From: Oligoflexia bacterium
GTDB lineage: Bacteria; Bdellovibrionota; UBA1018
DNA: 64,000 nt
Direction: 5' to 3'
Assembly: GCA_963758495.1 (NCBI GenBank)
Contig: CAVWVI010000004.1
Location: forward strand, 896,001-960,000
The notes below the pieces were generated by a model. That model saw only the letters and a program-made list of their open reading frames with translations, was not told the DNA's origin and searched no databases. Both the position numbers and the translations under genes were made by a program. How positions within the stretch are numbered: position 1 is the stretch's first letter; each line of letters begins with the position of its first letter. Positions 1 through 8,112 of this stretch are shown piece by piece.

Positions 1-297
1 GGGAGGTGTGTCGGCATTAAAATTATTCTGAGTCACCACATTGCTAATAGGATTAAAACTGGGCTGCATGAGAACTATACCCCAGCTAAAAAGAAGCCGT
101 TTATCAGAATCTAACGACAATCCTGCTGGATTATAATAGGCCGTAAAGGAATCTAAGCCATCAGCAACACCCGCTCCCCCAAGGGCCGACATCCTGGCTC
201 CAAATCCAAACATTTCACCTACATTTGCCGATCCATTCAAGCCTGCAAAGAAAGAAACCGCCACACTACAGATTGCAAAAGCTACCTTTAACTTCAT
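1..297 (-). CDS. Outer-membrane long-chain fatty acid transporter, FadL/OmpP1 family (5' part; runs off the window edge)
   Basis: Not in ORF track. Translated by hand from ATG at 297: MKLKVAFAICSVAVSFFAGLNGSANVGEMFGFGARMSALGGAGVADGLDSLTAYYNPAGL... Signal peptide plus the GARxxALGGA...YYNPAGL N-terminal motif of FadL-type proteins; AGGAGG upstream. Confidence 0.75.
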   Translation of the reverse strand, partial: MKLKVAFAICSVAVSFFAGLNGSANVGEMFGFGARMSALGGAGVADGLDSFTAYYNPAGLSLDSDKRLLFSWGIVLMQPSFNPISNVVTQNNFNADTPP

Positions 298-336
298 AAA
301 TCCCTCCTGACTCCATGAAAAAAAGGAGGGAATTAA

Positions 337-1164
337 TTAGGAAGTAGGAGGTTTAACTACCTGCTGTACTGCCTGAAAAAGACGATCCCATTCTTCCCAA
401 TGAAGTGCTTCTGCCCGCTTTGTACCATCGACACCGGACAGCTCCAAGGCGTTTCGCCACGGAATGACAGATCTCAACATCTTTCGACGATGAGAAAAGC
501 ATGTTTTTAAAAAGGATTCCCACAATGCTTCTGATTTTGGATCAGGCCTTACCTGAACCCAAGGAGACTCTCTTCGAGTGAGCACAATCACTTCTGAATC
601 TACTTCAGGAGGAGGGAAGAAAGCCCGAGGAGGAACCGCAATCAGTTTTTTAACATCCCATCGATTCTGAACCCAGATAGAAAGACTACCCCGAGCTTTG
701 GTGCTAGGTTCTGCCCTCACACGTTGGGCCACTTCAGCCTGAAACATCAGCACCATAATTGGAATATTTGAAAAATGTTTTGCAAGTCGACTCAATATAG
801 CTGTACCCGCAGAATAGGGAAGATTGGAGACCACAGCCAAAGGTGTCCTCATCAGCCATTTTTCGTCCGATAGTTCTAAAAAGTCCGCTATCTCTGTCGT
901 TACACCTAAAGAATGCTTTTCTTGCCAAATTTTCGCCAAATCTTTATCTTTTTCGACGACCTGAAAAGAATGAATTTCTGGATGAGAAGGCAATCGCTCC
1001 AAAATAGGGACTGTAATCGCCCCTTTTCCAGGGCCAATCTCAAGAAGTGTTGAGCATTGGTGCTGACGAGCTCCTTGTATTGCCGCCTCTGCAATCGCAT
1101 GAGCGATCGCTTGATCTCGAAGAAAATGTTGACCTAATGCACGCCGTCTTCCCTGTGTTGCCAA
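337..1164 (-). CDS. rsmA: 16S rRNA m6,2A1518/1519 dimethyltransferase (KsgA)
   Basis: LGQHFL, LEIGPGKGAIT SAM motif, VSNLPY, MFQAEVA, FxPPPEVDS, FSHRRKML. Confidence 0.96.
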   Translation of the reverse strand: MATQGRRRALGQHFLRDQAIAHAIAEAAIQGARQHQCSTLLEIGPGKGAITVPILERLPSHPEIHSFQVVEKDKDLAKIWQEKHSLGVTTEIADFLELSDEKWLMRTPLAVVSNLPYSAGTAILSRLAKHFSNIPIMVLMFQAEVAQRVRAEPSTKARGSLSIWVQNRWDVKKLIAVPPRAFFPPPEVDSEVIVLTRRESPWVQVRPDPKSEALWESFLKTCFSHRRKMLRSVIPWRNALELSGVDGTKRAEALHWEEWDRLFQAVQQVVKPPTS

Positions 1165-1166
1165 GG

Positions 1167-2246
1167 CTATACCTCCGAATTCGCAATTGCATTTAAAGTT
1201 AAAAACTGATCTCGATTCAGAAAATGCCCTTGCTTGAACCGAAAGGCTCCAGCAGCTGCAATCATGGCCGCATTATCTGTACAATAAGCCATTTTTGGAA
1301 AAAGTGGAGCACGAGCTAAACCCATGCCTCGCCATTCAGATTCCAAACGGGCACGCAATCGGCTATTCGCAGCAACTCCTCCTACAATAGAGAGCGACTG
1401 GCATCCATATCGAGTGATGGCTAGATCTATTTTGGATAATAAGGCGTCTACAATCGCTTCCTGAATTGAAGCACAAAGGTCCGGAAGATTTTTCTCCAGG
1501 GTACCTTCTCTTTTAAGTCGATCTGCTAAGAGCGAGACTGCTGTTTTAAATCCACTAAATGAGTAATCTAGGGTAGCCTTTTGAGGAAGTGCTCGAGGAA
1601 GAGAAAAGGCTTGAGAATTTCCATTTTGGGCTGTCTTATCAATCCAAACACCGCCTGGATAAGGAAATCCTAAAATCTTGGCAGTCTTGTCAAAAGCCTC
1701 TCCTGCAGCATCATCACGAGAGCGCCCTATAAGTGAATTTTTAAGAAAATCCAATGGCCATAGCTCAGGTGGATGCTCAACTAAATAAAGATTGGTATGC
1801 CCCCCCGAAATAATCGCAAGCAACAAAGGAAGCGGCACAGGTTCAAGATTCGCGCCCTTGCCATCCTCTAAAAACACACTCGACGCATGTCCCTCTAAAT
1901 GATGAACAGGAATCAGAGGTTTCCCTAAAGCATAGGCTAATGCTTTAGCGGCGCTCACCCCTACTAAAAGTGCGCCCACGAGTCCAGGTCGATTTGTCAC
2001 AGCGATTGCTTCCAAATCCCGCGCAGAAACCTGAGCTGACGTCAGCGCATTGTCAATCATCTGATTGACTGTTTCTAAGTGATTCCTGGATGCAATTTCA
2101 GGAACTACACCGCCATAAGGCATATGGATCTGAATCTGAGAAAATGTGGCCACACTGAGCACTTCTACTGCCCGCTTGGACTCATAACGAACTACTGCCG
2201 CACTACATTCATCACAGGATGTTTCAATACCTAAAATCATCATCAA
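1167..2246 (-). CDS. tsaD: tRNA N6-threonylcarbamoyladenosine synthesis protein TsaD
   Basis: ILGIETSCDE, GGVVPEIASRNH, HHLEGH, SGGHT, DDAAGEAFDK, GGVAANSRLR, CTDNAAMIA. Confidence 0.97.
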   Translation of the reverse strand: MMMILGIETSCDECSAAVVRYESKRAVEVLSVATFSQIQIHMPYGGVVPEIASRNHLETVNQMIDNALTSAQVSARDLEAIAVTNRPGLVGALLVGVSAAKALAYALGKPLIPVHHLEGHASSVFLEDGKGANLEPVPLPLLLAIISGGHTNLYLVEHPPELWPLDFLKNSLIGRSRDDAAGEAFDKTAKILGFPYPGGVWIDKTAQNGNSQAFSLPRALPQKATLDYSFSGFKTAVSLLADRLKREGTLEKNLPDLCASIQEAIVDALLSKIDLAITRYGCQSLSIVGGVAANSRLRARLESEWRGMGLARAPLFPKMAYCTDNAAMIAAAGAFRFKQGHFLNRDQFLTLNAIANSEV

Positions 2247-2260
2247 AAAACTTTCAACTT

Positions 2261-2977
2261 CTAGACCTTTTTTCGAGCTTTTTTTGCTTCAGCTGATTTT
2301 GGAAACTTTTCAATCAGCTCTTGATAGAAACCTTTTGCATCATCTTTCATTCCCAAAGCATCAAAACATAAACCAATCTTATAAAGGGCATCCGGCATTC
2401 GCACTGAATGTGGAAACTTTTCAGGAAATTTTGAATATTCAATAATTGCCTTTTTGTGTTCCTTGAGATTGAAATAAGCTTCTCCTCTTAGAAAAATAGC
2501 CTCTTCCAGTTTCTTCACCTTTGGAGTTTTTAAATAAGAACCAAAGGATTCAGCAGCAGCGTCATATTCCCCATCGTCAAAATAAGATTTCGCCTTCTTA
2601 AAAAGCTCATTGGGATCTACCGCTGCAGGAGTCTCTTGAAGCTTTTTAATGGTTTCCACGAGCCCTGCTTGAGTTTGCTCTAACTGAACCATTCTAGCAT
2701 CTAATTTCTTAAGCTCTTCTTTTTCCGCAGGGTTCCCTTGACTTGAAAGCCGCTGTAAGTCCTCAAGTTTACCTTCGATACGAGTAATTTCGTCCTTAAT
2801 CTCATCAATGACGTACTGACCTTGCGGCTGAACATCTTGAACGGGCTGAGCCGGTGCGGATGAAGCCCCTTCTCTATCATTGGAGTCTTCTCTGAGCTGT
2901 GCCCGAGTTTTCAAACAAGAAGAGAATAGGAATGTAAAGCAAACTAGGATTACGAAAATGGGGATCTTTTTCATCAT
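2261..2977 (-). CDS. cpoB: Tol-Pal associated coiled-coil/TPR lipoprotein, CpoB/YbgF-like
   Basis: Lipobox FSSC, coiled coil, C-terminal TPRs (PDALYKIG...LIEKFPKSAEA), near pal. Confidence 0.75.
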   Translation of the reverse strand: MMKKIPIFVILVCFTFLFSSCLKTRAQLREDSNDREGASSAPAQPVQDVQPQGQYVIDEIKDEITRIEGKLEDLQRLSSQGNPAEKEELKKLDARMVQLEQTQAGLVETIKKLQETPAAVDPNELFKKAKSYFDDGEYDAAAESFGSYLKTPKVKKLEEAIFLRGEAYFNLKEHKKAIIEYSKFPEKFPHSVRMPDALYKIGLCFDALGMKDDAKGFYQELIEKFPKSAEAKKARKKV

Positions 2978-3043
2978 TAAAACCTAATGTAACACGAACC
3001 TATATTACGAGCCACTGAGGAAAAGATAAGCATTTAAAACATT

Positions 3044-3652
3044 TCACTTTGCCGCTGGAACCGGAGTTACACCGCCTGGAGCCGGAGGACTCAAAGGAGA
3101 GGCAGGAGTAGGAGTGGGAACGGGAGGGGCGAGTGCCGCCGCATTTTTGGCATCTTCTTCAGCCTTTCTTTGATCATAAACATCCGCTGGGGTCCCTTCA
3201 GGGACTGGGTATGCGTCAGTAGACTTTGCGGTAGAGGAAGGGACTCTTGCTTGAGGGGGTGCAGGCTCAATACTATTCGCATAAGGATCGGGAGGAGCTA
3301 CGATTTCATTTCTATTACCGCCCCCTAGCATCGACTCAAACTCTGCTTCCTCTGCAAAGTGTCGAGATTTAATAGAAAAATCTTTGGCTGCTTGAAAATT
3401 TTTAAATCGATATTCACGTTTTGCTCGAATAAACCATTCATTAGCTTGACGAAATAACTCAGGTGCTAAAGTGTCTGCCTGGACTTCCTTAGCTGCTCTT
3501 AATGCAGCTAAATTATCTGAAAAGTCTTGAACTGGACGGGTAGCAAGGAGAGAGCAACTCGGCTCTAGCATCAGTATAAAACATAAAAAAAGAACCCGAG
3601 AAGAACTCCTTTCAGAAGTCCTTCTCGGATATTCCTTATAAATGCATTTCAT
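3044..3652 (-). CDS. Putative lipoprotein, DUF4398-like helical domain with Pro-rich tail
   Basis: Hydrophobic segment ending in Cys, AALRAAKEVQADTLAPELF...A motif typical of DUF4398, adjacent to pal; start codon uncertain. Confidence 0.55.
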   Translation of the reverse strand: MKCIYKEYPRRTSERSSSRVLFLCFILMLEPSCSLLATRPVQDFSDNLAALRAAKEVQADTLAPELFRQANEWFIRAKREYRFKNFQAAKDFSIKSRHFAEEAEFESMLGGGNRNEIVAPPDPYANSIEPAPPQARVPSSTAKSTDAYPVPEGTPADVYDQRKAEEDAKNAAALAPPVPTPTPASPLSPPAPGGVTPVPAAK

Positions 3653-3756
3653 CTTTTTAATCGTACTCGCTAAGTACGACTTTGTCTTGATTCTAAATAG
3701 ATTTTTTTTTCCTAAAAAATCAATGATTTAGCGGCAAACTCAGAAAGCGATTCCTA

Positions 3757-4269
3757 TTAGTGAGATGTAATTACAAAATTTGCACGTCGATTCTTCGCGT
3801 AAGCTTCTTCTGTATTTCCTGGATCCACTGGGCGTTCTTTTCCGAAACTGATCACTGTGATGCGATCCCCAGCTACGCCATGATCTTCTAAATATTTTTT
3901 CACTGAATTGGCTCTTTTTTCACCTAAAGCGATATTGTATTGGATTCCACCTCGAGCATCACAATGTCCTTCAATTTGTACTTTCACTGAAGGTTTTTCT
4001 TTTAAAATACCCGCATCGGCTTCCAATAACGCCTTATTCTGACTATCCAAGGTAAAAGAATCGAATGGGAAATGAATCGTCTGAAGTCCCAAAGCTTTAC
4101 CTGAATCAGAATCGCCTAGAGCAGCGTTCTCATCCGCTAAAGGGGAAGTTGGAACACCTCCAGCATCTTCCTTTGGCTTATTACTGGAGCAACCAGAGAC
4201 ATAAATCATTGCGACAGCAACACCGATAGTTAAAGATAGACGACGAAAAGTTCCGATCTCTGTTGTCAT
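3757..4269 (-). CDS. pal: Peptidoglycan-associated lipoprotein Pal (OmpA C-terminal domain)
   Basis: Lipobox VSGC; IHFPFDS, IEGHCDARGGIQYNIALGEKRA, ISFGKERP, NRRA; start moved to ATG 4269 behind a GAGGGG RBS. Confidence 0.93.
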   Translation of the reverse strand: MTTEIGTFRRLSLTIGVAVAMIYVSGCSSNKPKEDAGGVPTSPLADENAALGDSDSGKALGLQTIHFPFDSFTLDSQNKALLEADAGILKEKPSVKVQIEGHCDARGGIQYNIALGEKRANSVKKYLEDHGVAGDRITVISFGKERPVDPGNTEEAYAKNRRANFVITSH

Positions 4270-4447
4270 AAAATCCCCTCGATCAATAAAAATTAATATT
4301 CTTAACACCTTATGCTACCTATGATCTACACTCAAAATCCGACTAGAAAAAGAAGATTCTGTGATTTTATTTTATTTTGTTGAAGGTCCGATTGCCGATC
4401 TCATCATCTGAAAACTTACGACTTCCTGCTTAATAGAGCGATTAAAC

Positions 4448-4464
4448 CTGGCATTTGCTTCGCA
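4448..4464 (+). promoter_or_regulatory. Possible sigma-54 (-24/-12) promoter of ssb
   Basis: CTGGCATTTGCTTCGCA: GG-N10-GC spacing, 30 nt upstream of the ssb ATG; imperfect match to TGGCACG-N4-TTGC. Confidence 0.35.
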
Positions 4465-4494
4465 TTATGGGTTGAACTGGAGGTCACGATTTTA

Positions 4495-4941
4495 ATGAAA
4501 GATATAAATAAAGTAATTCTTGTAGGGCGCTTAGGAGCAGACCCGATTCAACGCTACACCAAGAACGGAACTCCTGTGGTTCATTTTTCGGTAGCTACAT
4601 CCAGACGAATTTTTCGGGAAAGCTCAGAGCCTTCTGTTGAAGCTGCGCCCACCGAAGAAACGCAATGGCATCGTGTCGTCGCCTGGGGCCGACAAGGCGA
4701 AGCTTGTGCTCAATACATCAAAAAGGGCCATGCGGTCTATGTGGAGGGCTATTTAAAAAGCCGACAGTATGACGATAAAGAAGGGAAGAGTAAGACCTCT
4801 TTTGAAGTCCAAGTAGATACTATCAGCTTTTTAGGAGCGCCCCGATCCTTAGAATCTCGACCCTTAGAGCCTCGATCCGCGGAGCTTCAGCCTCAATCAG
4901 TAGAAAAGCAAGAGATTCAAGTCGCTGATTTGCCCTTCTAA
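4495..4941 (+). CDS. ssb: Single-stranded DNA-binding protein
   Basis: INKVILVGRLGADP, TQWHRVVAWG, VYVEG, acidic tail ending DLPF. Confidence 0.96.
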   Translation: MKDINKVILVGRLGADPIQRYTKNGTPVVHFSVATSRRIFRESSEPSVEAAPTEETQWHRVVAWGRQGEACAQYIKKGHAVYVEGYLKSRQYDDKEGKSKTSFEVQVDTISFLGAPRSLESRPLEPRSAELQPQSVEKQEIQVADLPF

Positions 4942-4973
4942 GAACCTATCTAAGGTATTTTACAGATAGGTTC
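4941..4973. terminator. Inverted repeat between convergent genes, probable bidirectional terminator
   Basis: AGAACCTATCT...AGATAGGTTCT 11-bp stem between the ssb stop and the stop of the 139-aa gene. Confidence 0.55.
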
Positions 4974-4977
4974 TAAA

Positions 4978-5397
4978 TTAATGTTCTGGAATTCTAACTA
5001 GATCGCCAACCATTACGGCGCGAGGACTAATGGTTGGCGTACTTTCAACCGGAAGCATCGTCTGCAATCGCGCAATTGCAGCGATGGATTCAACATGAAT
5101 AACTTTTATGCGAGCAATTGGAAAAACCACATCTTTATAATGTTGCTCACTCAAGAGATTATAGGTCGGGTTCCGTCTCATCACTTCCAAAATCGAACCC
5201 TCATGTAATCCATGCATGGATCCCATATTGACGTAATAGTCTTTCTGTACGGATTCATCTGGATTTCCAAGATTCAATCCCCGATAAATACTATACACGA
5301 CAAAATCAGTCTTTGAGGAAGCAGCGTTACCAGTCTTAGCAATAGGAAGCAGGATACAAAAAATACTCAGAATCAGGGCGATCATCAAATGACGCAC
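4978..5397 (-). CDS. Secreted hypothetical protein
   Basis: Signal peptide, AAGGAG RBS; YVNMGSMHGLHEG...VMVGDLV beta-rich pattern; function unknown. Confidence 0.7.
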   Translation of the reverse strand: MRHLMIALILSIFCILLPIAKTGNAASSKTDFVVYSIYRGLNLGNPDESVQKDYYVNMGSMHGLHEGSILEVMRRNPTYNLLSEQHYKDVVFPIARIKVIHVESIAAIARLQTMLPVESTPTISPRAVMVGDLVRIPEH

Positions 5398-5444
5398 AAA
5401 ATAAACTCCTTTATTTTTATAGCCATGTTCGACTCCTTAATTGC

Positions 5445-5471
5445 CTATCGGCAATTTGTGCCTAAAATTAA
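5445..5471 (-). promoter_or_regulatory. Probable sigma-28 (FliA) promoter
   Basis: Minus strand TTAA-N15-GCCGATAG, vs consensus TAAA-N15-GCCGATAA, about 50 nt upstream of the 139-aa gene. Confidence 0.55.
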
Positions 5472-5568
5472 GAAAAAATATTGAGAAAACCGTCTTCCTG
5501 CCTTCGCGCCTACAAAATCCCGCTTCCGTCTTCTCACAAAACTGCTAGAATTCTTTCCATCTGGAGAG

Positions 5569-6324
5569 ATGAATAAAAGTATGATTTTAAATAAAAAAAT
5601 TATTGTGGTGCTGCCCGCCTATAACGCTGAAAAGACACTTCGACAGACTTATGCAGAGATCCCTTTTGACATTGTGGACGAAGTGATCCTTGTAGATGAC
5701 CACTCCATTGACAACACGAGTCAAGTGGCCCGTTCCTTAGGAATTAAGACAGTCATTCGCCATGAAAAAAACCGAGGCTATGGTGGAAATCAAAAGACCT
5801 GTTACAAGGCAGCTCTCGAAGCAGGAGGAGATGTCATTGTCATGCTCCACCCTGATTATCAATACACTCCCAAATTGATTCATTCTATGTGCTATTTGAT
5901 CGCATTGGGAGTATTTCCTGTAGTCCTTGGCTCTAGAATTCTAGGTAGAGGAGCACTCCTTGGTGGAATGCCTCGGTACAAATATATTGCGAATCGATTT
6001 TTGACAGCTTTTCAAAATATCATGATGGGACAAAAGCTGGCAGAATATCATACGGGTTATCGTGCTTATTCAGCAGAAGTTCTCCGCACCCTCCCCCTTC
6101 ACGAGAATTCCGAAGATTTTATTTTTGATAATCAGGTACTCGCACAAATCACTATGAAGGGTTTCACTGTGGGTGAAATCACCTGTCCCACACTTTACTT
6201 TCACGATGCTTCTTCGATCAATTTTAGAAGAAGCTGTACCTATGGATTCGGCGTGATCTGGACTAGCATTCAATATTTTTTTCATCGCACAGGGATCATG
6301 AAGTTTAAAATTTTTGGTATTTAG
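5569..6324 (+). CDS. Glycosyltransferase family 2 (DPM1-like polyprenol-phosphate glycosyltransferase)
   Basis: VVLPAYNAE, VDDHSxD, NRGYGGNQK, HPDYQY, GSR, HTGYRAYS. Confidence 0.9.
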   Translation: MNKSMILNKKIIVVLPAYNAEKTLRQTYAEIPFDIVDEVILVDDHSIDNTSQVARSLGIKTVIRHEKNRGYGGNQKTCYKAALEAGGDVIVMLHPDYQYTPKLIHSMCYLIALGVFPVVLGSRILGRGALLGGMPRYKYIANRFLTAFQNIMMGQKLAEYHTGYRAYSAEVLRTLPLHENSEDFIFDNQVLAQITMKGFTVGEITCPTLYFHDASSINFRRSCTYGFGVIWTSIQYFFHRTGIMKFKIFGI

Positions 6325-6330
6325 CCCTCA

Positions 6331-8100
6331 TCAAAGAATCTTTTCGAGGGTAAATAAATTTAGGCCGTGCTCCCGCCATTGATCCTGAACTCGATAATTC
6401 ATTCCGTTAATCATGAGCTTGTTATCTACTGGCACCAATTTCGGAGGATCGGTATCTAAATAACCAATCCGAGCCTCTTTCATCACCATCGGACCATAAA
6501 ATGGAGAATAATTTGAAGAAAGAGGTTCAAAGACTATTTTCTCATTCGTAAAAAAATTAATGGTGTAAGCTAACCAATAATCAGAGTAACCAAACCGAAT
6601 GCCCCGCTCTTGAAGAGCCGCAAGTGCCGCCTCGCCATAAAATGGCATGAGCCCTTTATTTTTAAATGCACCGTAAAAAGTTGAAGAGTTATTCCACAAT
6701 ACTAATAAAAGCACTGCAAATCCTAACCCTTTGTTGATCCCCTTATTTCTCAATAAAGTTACTAAGGTCCAGCTTAAAGCCAATGCATAAAAAAACCAAA
6801 GAACCAAAGTATAGCGAGCAGAAGCAAGATCAGTCACCGCAGAAGCAATTGCAAAAACAGGGAGAACAATCCACGGCAAGAACCCGATAGGACTCAGTTC
6901 GAGAATTTTAGCGTGACTTGACTTCGCAAGAATAAACTCCCAAGACTTCTTCAGAAAAAAAGAACAATACCCAATTAAACAGAGAGACAATACAAGAATG
7001 GAAACCCATTTTAAAAATGGGTTCGAGGGAATATTCAAAAACTCTAAATCCCCCTTTAATACAAACGAAAGACGATGAATGACGTCAGTTAAAGTCCCAT
7101 TTATAGTCATTCTATCAGCTACTCGTCCATGCCTCACAAAGATAAAATAGAGCTTCGGAGAGTATCCAAGGAGAACGCCCCCAGTAAAAAGCAAGGCTTC
7201 CTTCCAAAACCGTCGCAATTGACTTCCATATCTTTGCATGACATCTACACAAGCTAAAATCGAAAAAATGCCTAGACTTACTTGTACCATTGCAGGTGAA
7301 TTAAAACTGATCCGAACACCGAAAAGAGTCACGTCTTGTTTATCAATCATGAAATAAACGAAAGCAAAAATAAAGTGCAGAATGGAAAACCATGCAATCC
7401 ATTGAACCGCCTTCCATCGAAGAAGACCTGACCAGGCATGTTTTCCTTGTTGAAAGATATCACGTAAATAAATCAAAAGACCTTGAAGCCCAATTGCACC
7501 TAAAAAATAGGAAATTTGTCCATAAGTATAAATCGCAAATCCTGCCACAAATCCAAAAGCAGCAAAGTAGACATTTGTCTTAAATTGAGGTGGCTTTCTT
7601 TCTACATAAAAATGCCTGATCAACAAATGGCTGATCCAAAATAAAACAAGACCAAAAAGATAGGTCTCAGTGTAATTGGGCTGCGTTCTCATTGCAGTGG
7701 TATAGAAAGCTGGGGTACTCATCGCCAAAAATAACGTCGCTAACAATGCAATCCAATAGTCAAAAAAGTATCTTAAATAATAATAATAAATGGCAAAGAC
7801 GGACCATAGACAAACCATATTAAAAAAATTCAAAGTAAATGCGTTGATTCCCAGAACCTTAAAAATCCATGCTGTAGCGTAGGCTTCCAATAAAATACCT
7901 TGATATCCTACGCTCCATACAAAAATAGGCCGGTCCCCGCGCTCCAAGATGCTCTTAGCCATTAACCCTATCAATGCGGTATCAGAGGAATAACCCATTC
8001 TCCAATAGGAATAAAAACCAAGCGTGATTCCAAGAATAATGGCAATAACAAATACCGTGAATATTTTATGTAAATGAATGAACGACTTGAGTTTTTCCAT
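6331..8100 (-). CDS. Polytopic membrane glycosyltransferase, GT-C fold (ArnT/PMT-like)
   Basis: About 12 hydrophobic segments, SSDTALIGLMA acidic loop after TM1, GYQGILLEAY, periplasmic C-terminal YSDYWLAY motif. Confidence 0.65.
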   Translation of the reverse strand: MEKLKSFIHLHKIFTVFVIAIILGITLGFYSYWRMGYSSDTALIGLMAKSILERGDRPIFVWSVGYQGILLEAYATAWIFKVLGINAFTLNFFNMVCLWSVFAIYYYYLRYFFDYWIALLATLFLAMSTPAFYTTAMRTQPNYTETYLFGLVLFWISHLLIRHFYVERKPPQFKTNVYFAAFGFVAGFAIYTYGQISYFLGAIGLQGLLIYLRDIFQQGKHAWSGLLRWKAVQWIAWFSILHFIFAFVYFMIDKQDVTLFGVRISFNSPAMVQVSLGIFSILACVDVMQRYGSQLRRFWKEALLFTGGVLLGYSPKLYFIFVRHGRVADRMTINGTLTDVIHRLSFVLKGDLEFLNIPSNPFLKWVSILVLSLCLIGYCSFFLKKSWEFILAKSSHAKILELSPIGFLPWIVLPVFAIASAVTDLASARYTLVLWFFYALALSWTLVTLLRNKGINKGLGFAVLLLVLWNNSSTFYGAFKNKGLMPFYGEAALAALQERGIRFGYSDYWLAYTINFFTNEKIVFEPLSSNYSPFYGPMVMKEARIGYLDTDPPKLVPVDNKLMINGMNYRVQDQWREHGLNLFTLEKIL

Positions 8101-8112
8101 AGAATAGCATGA

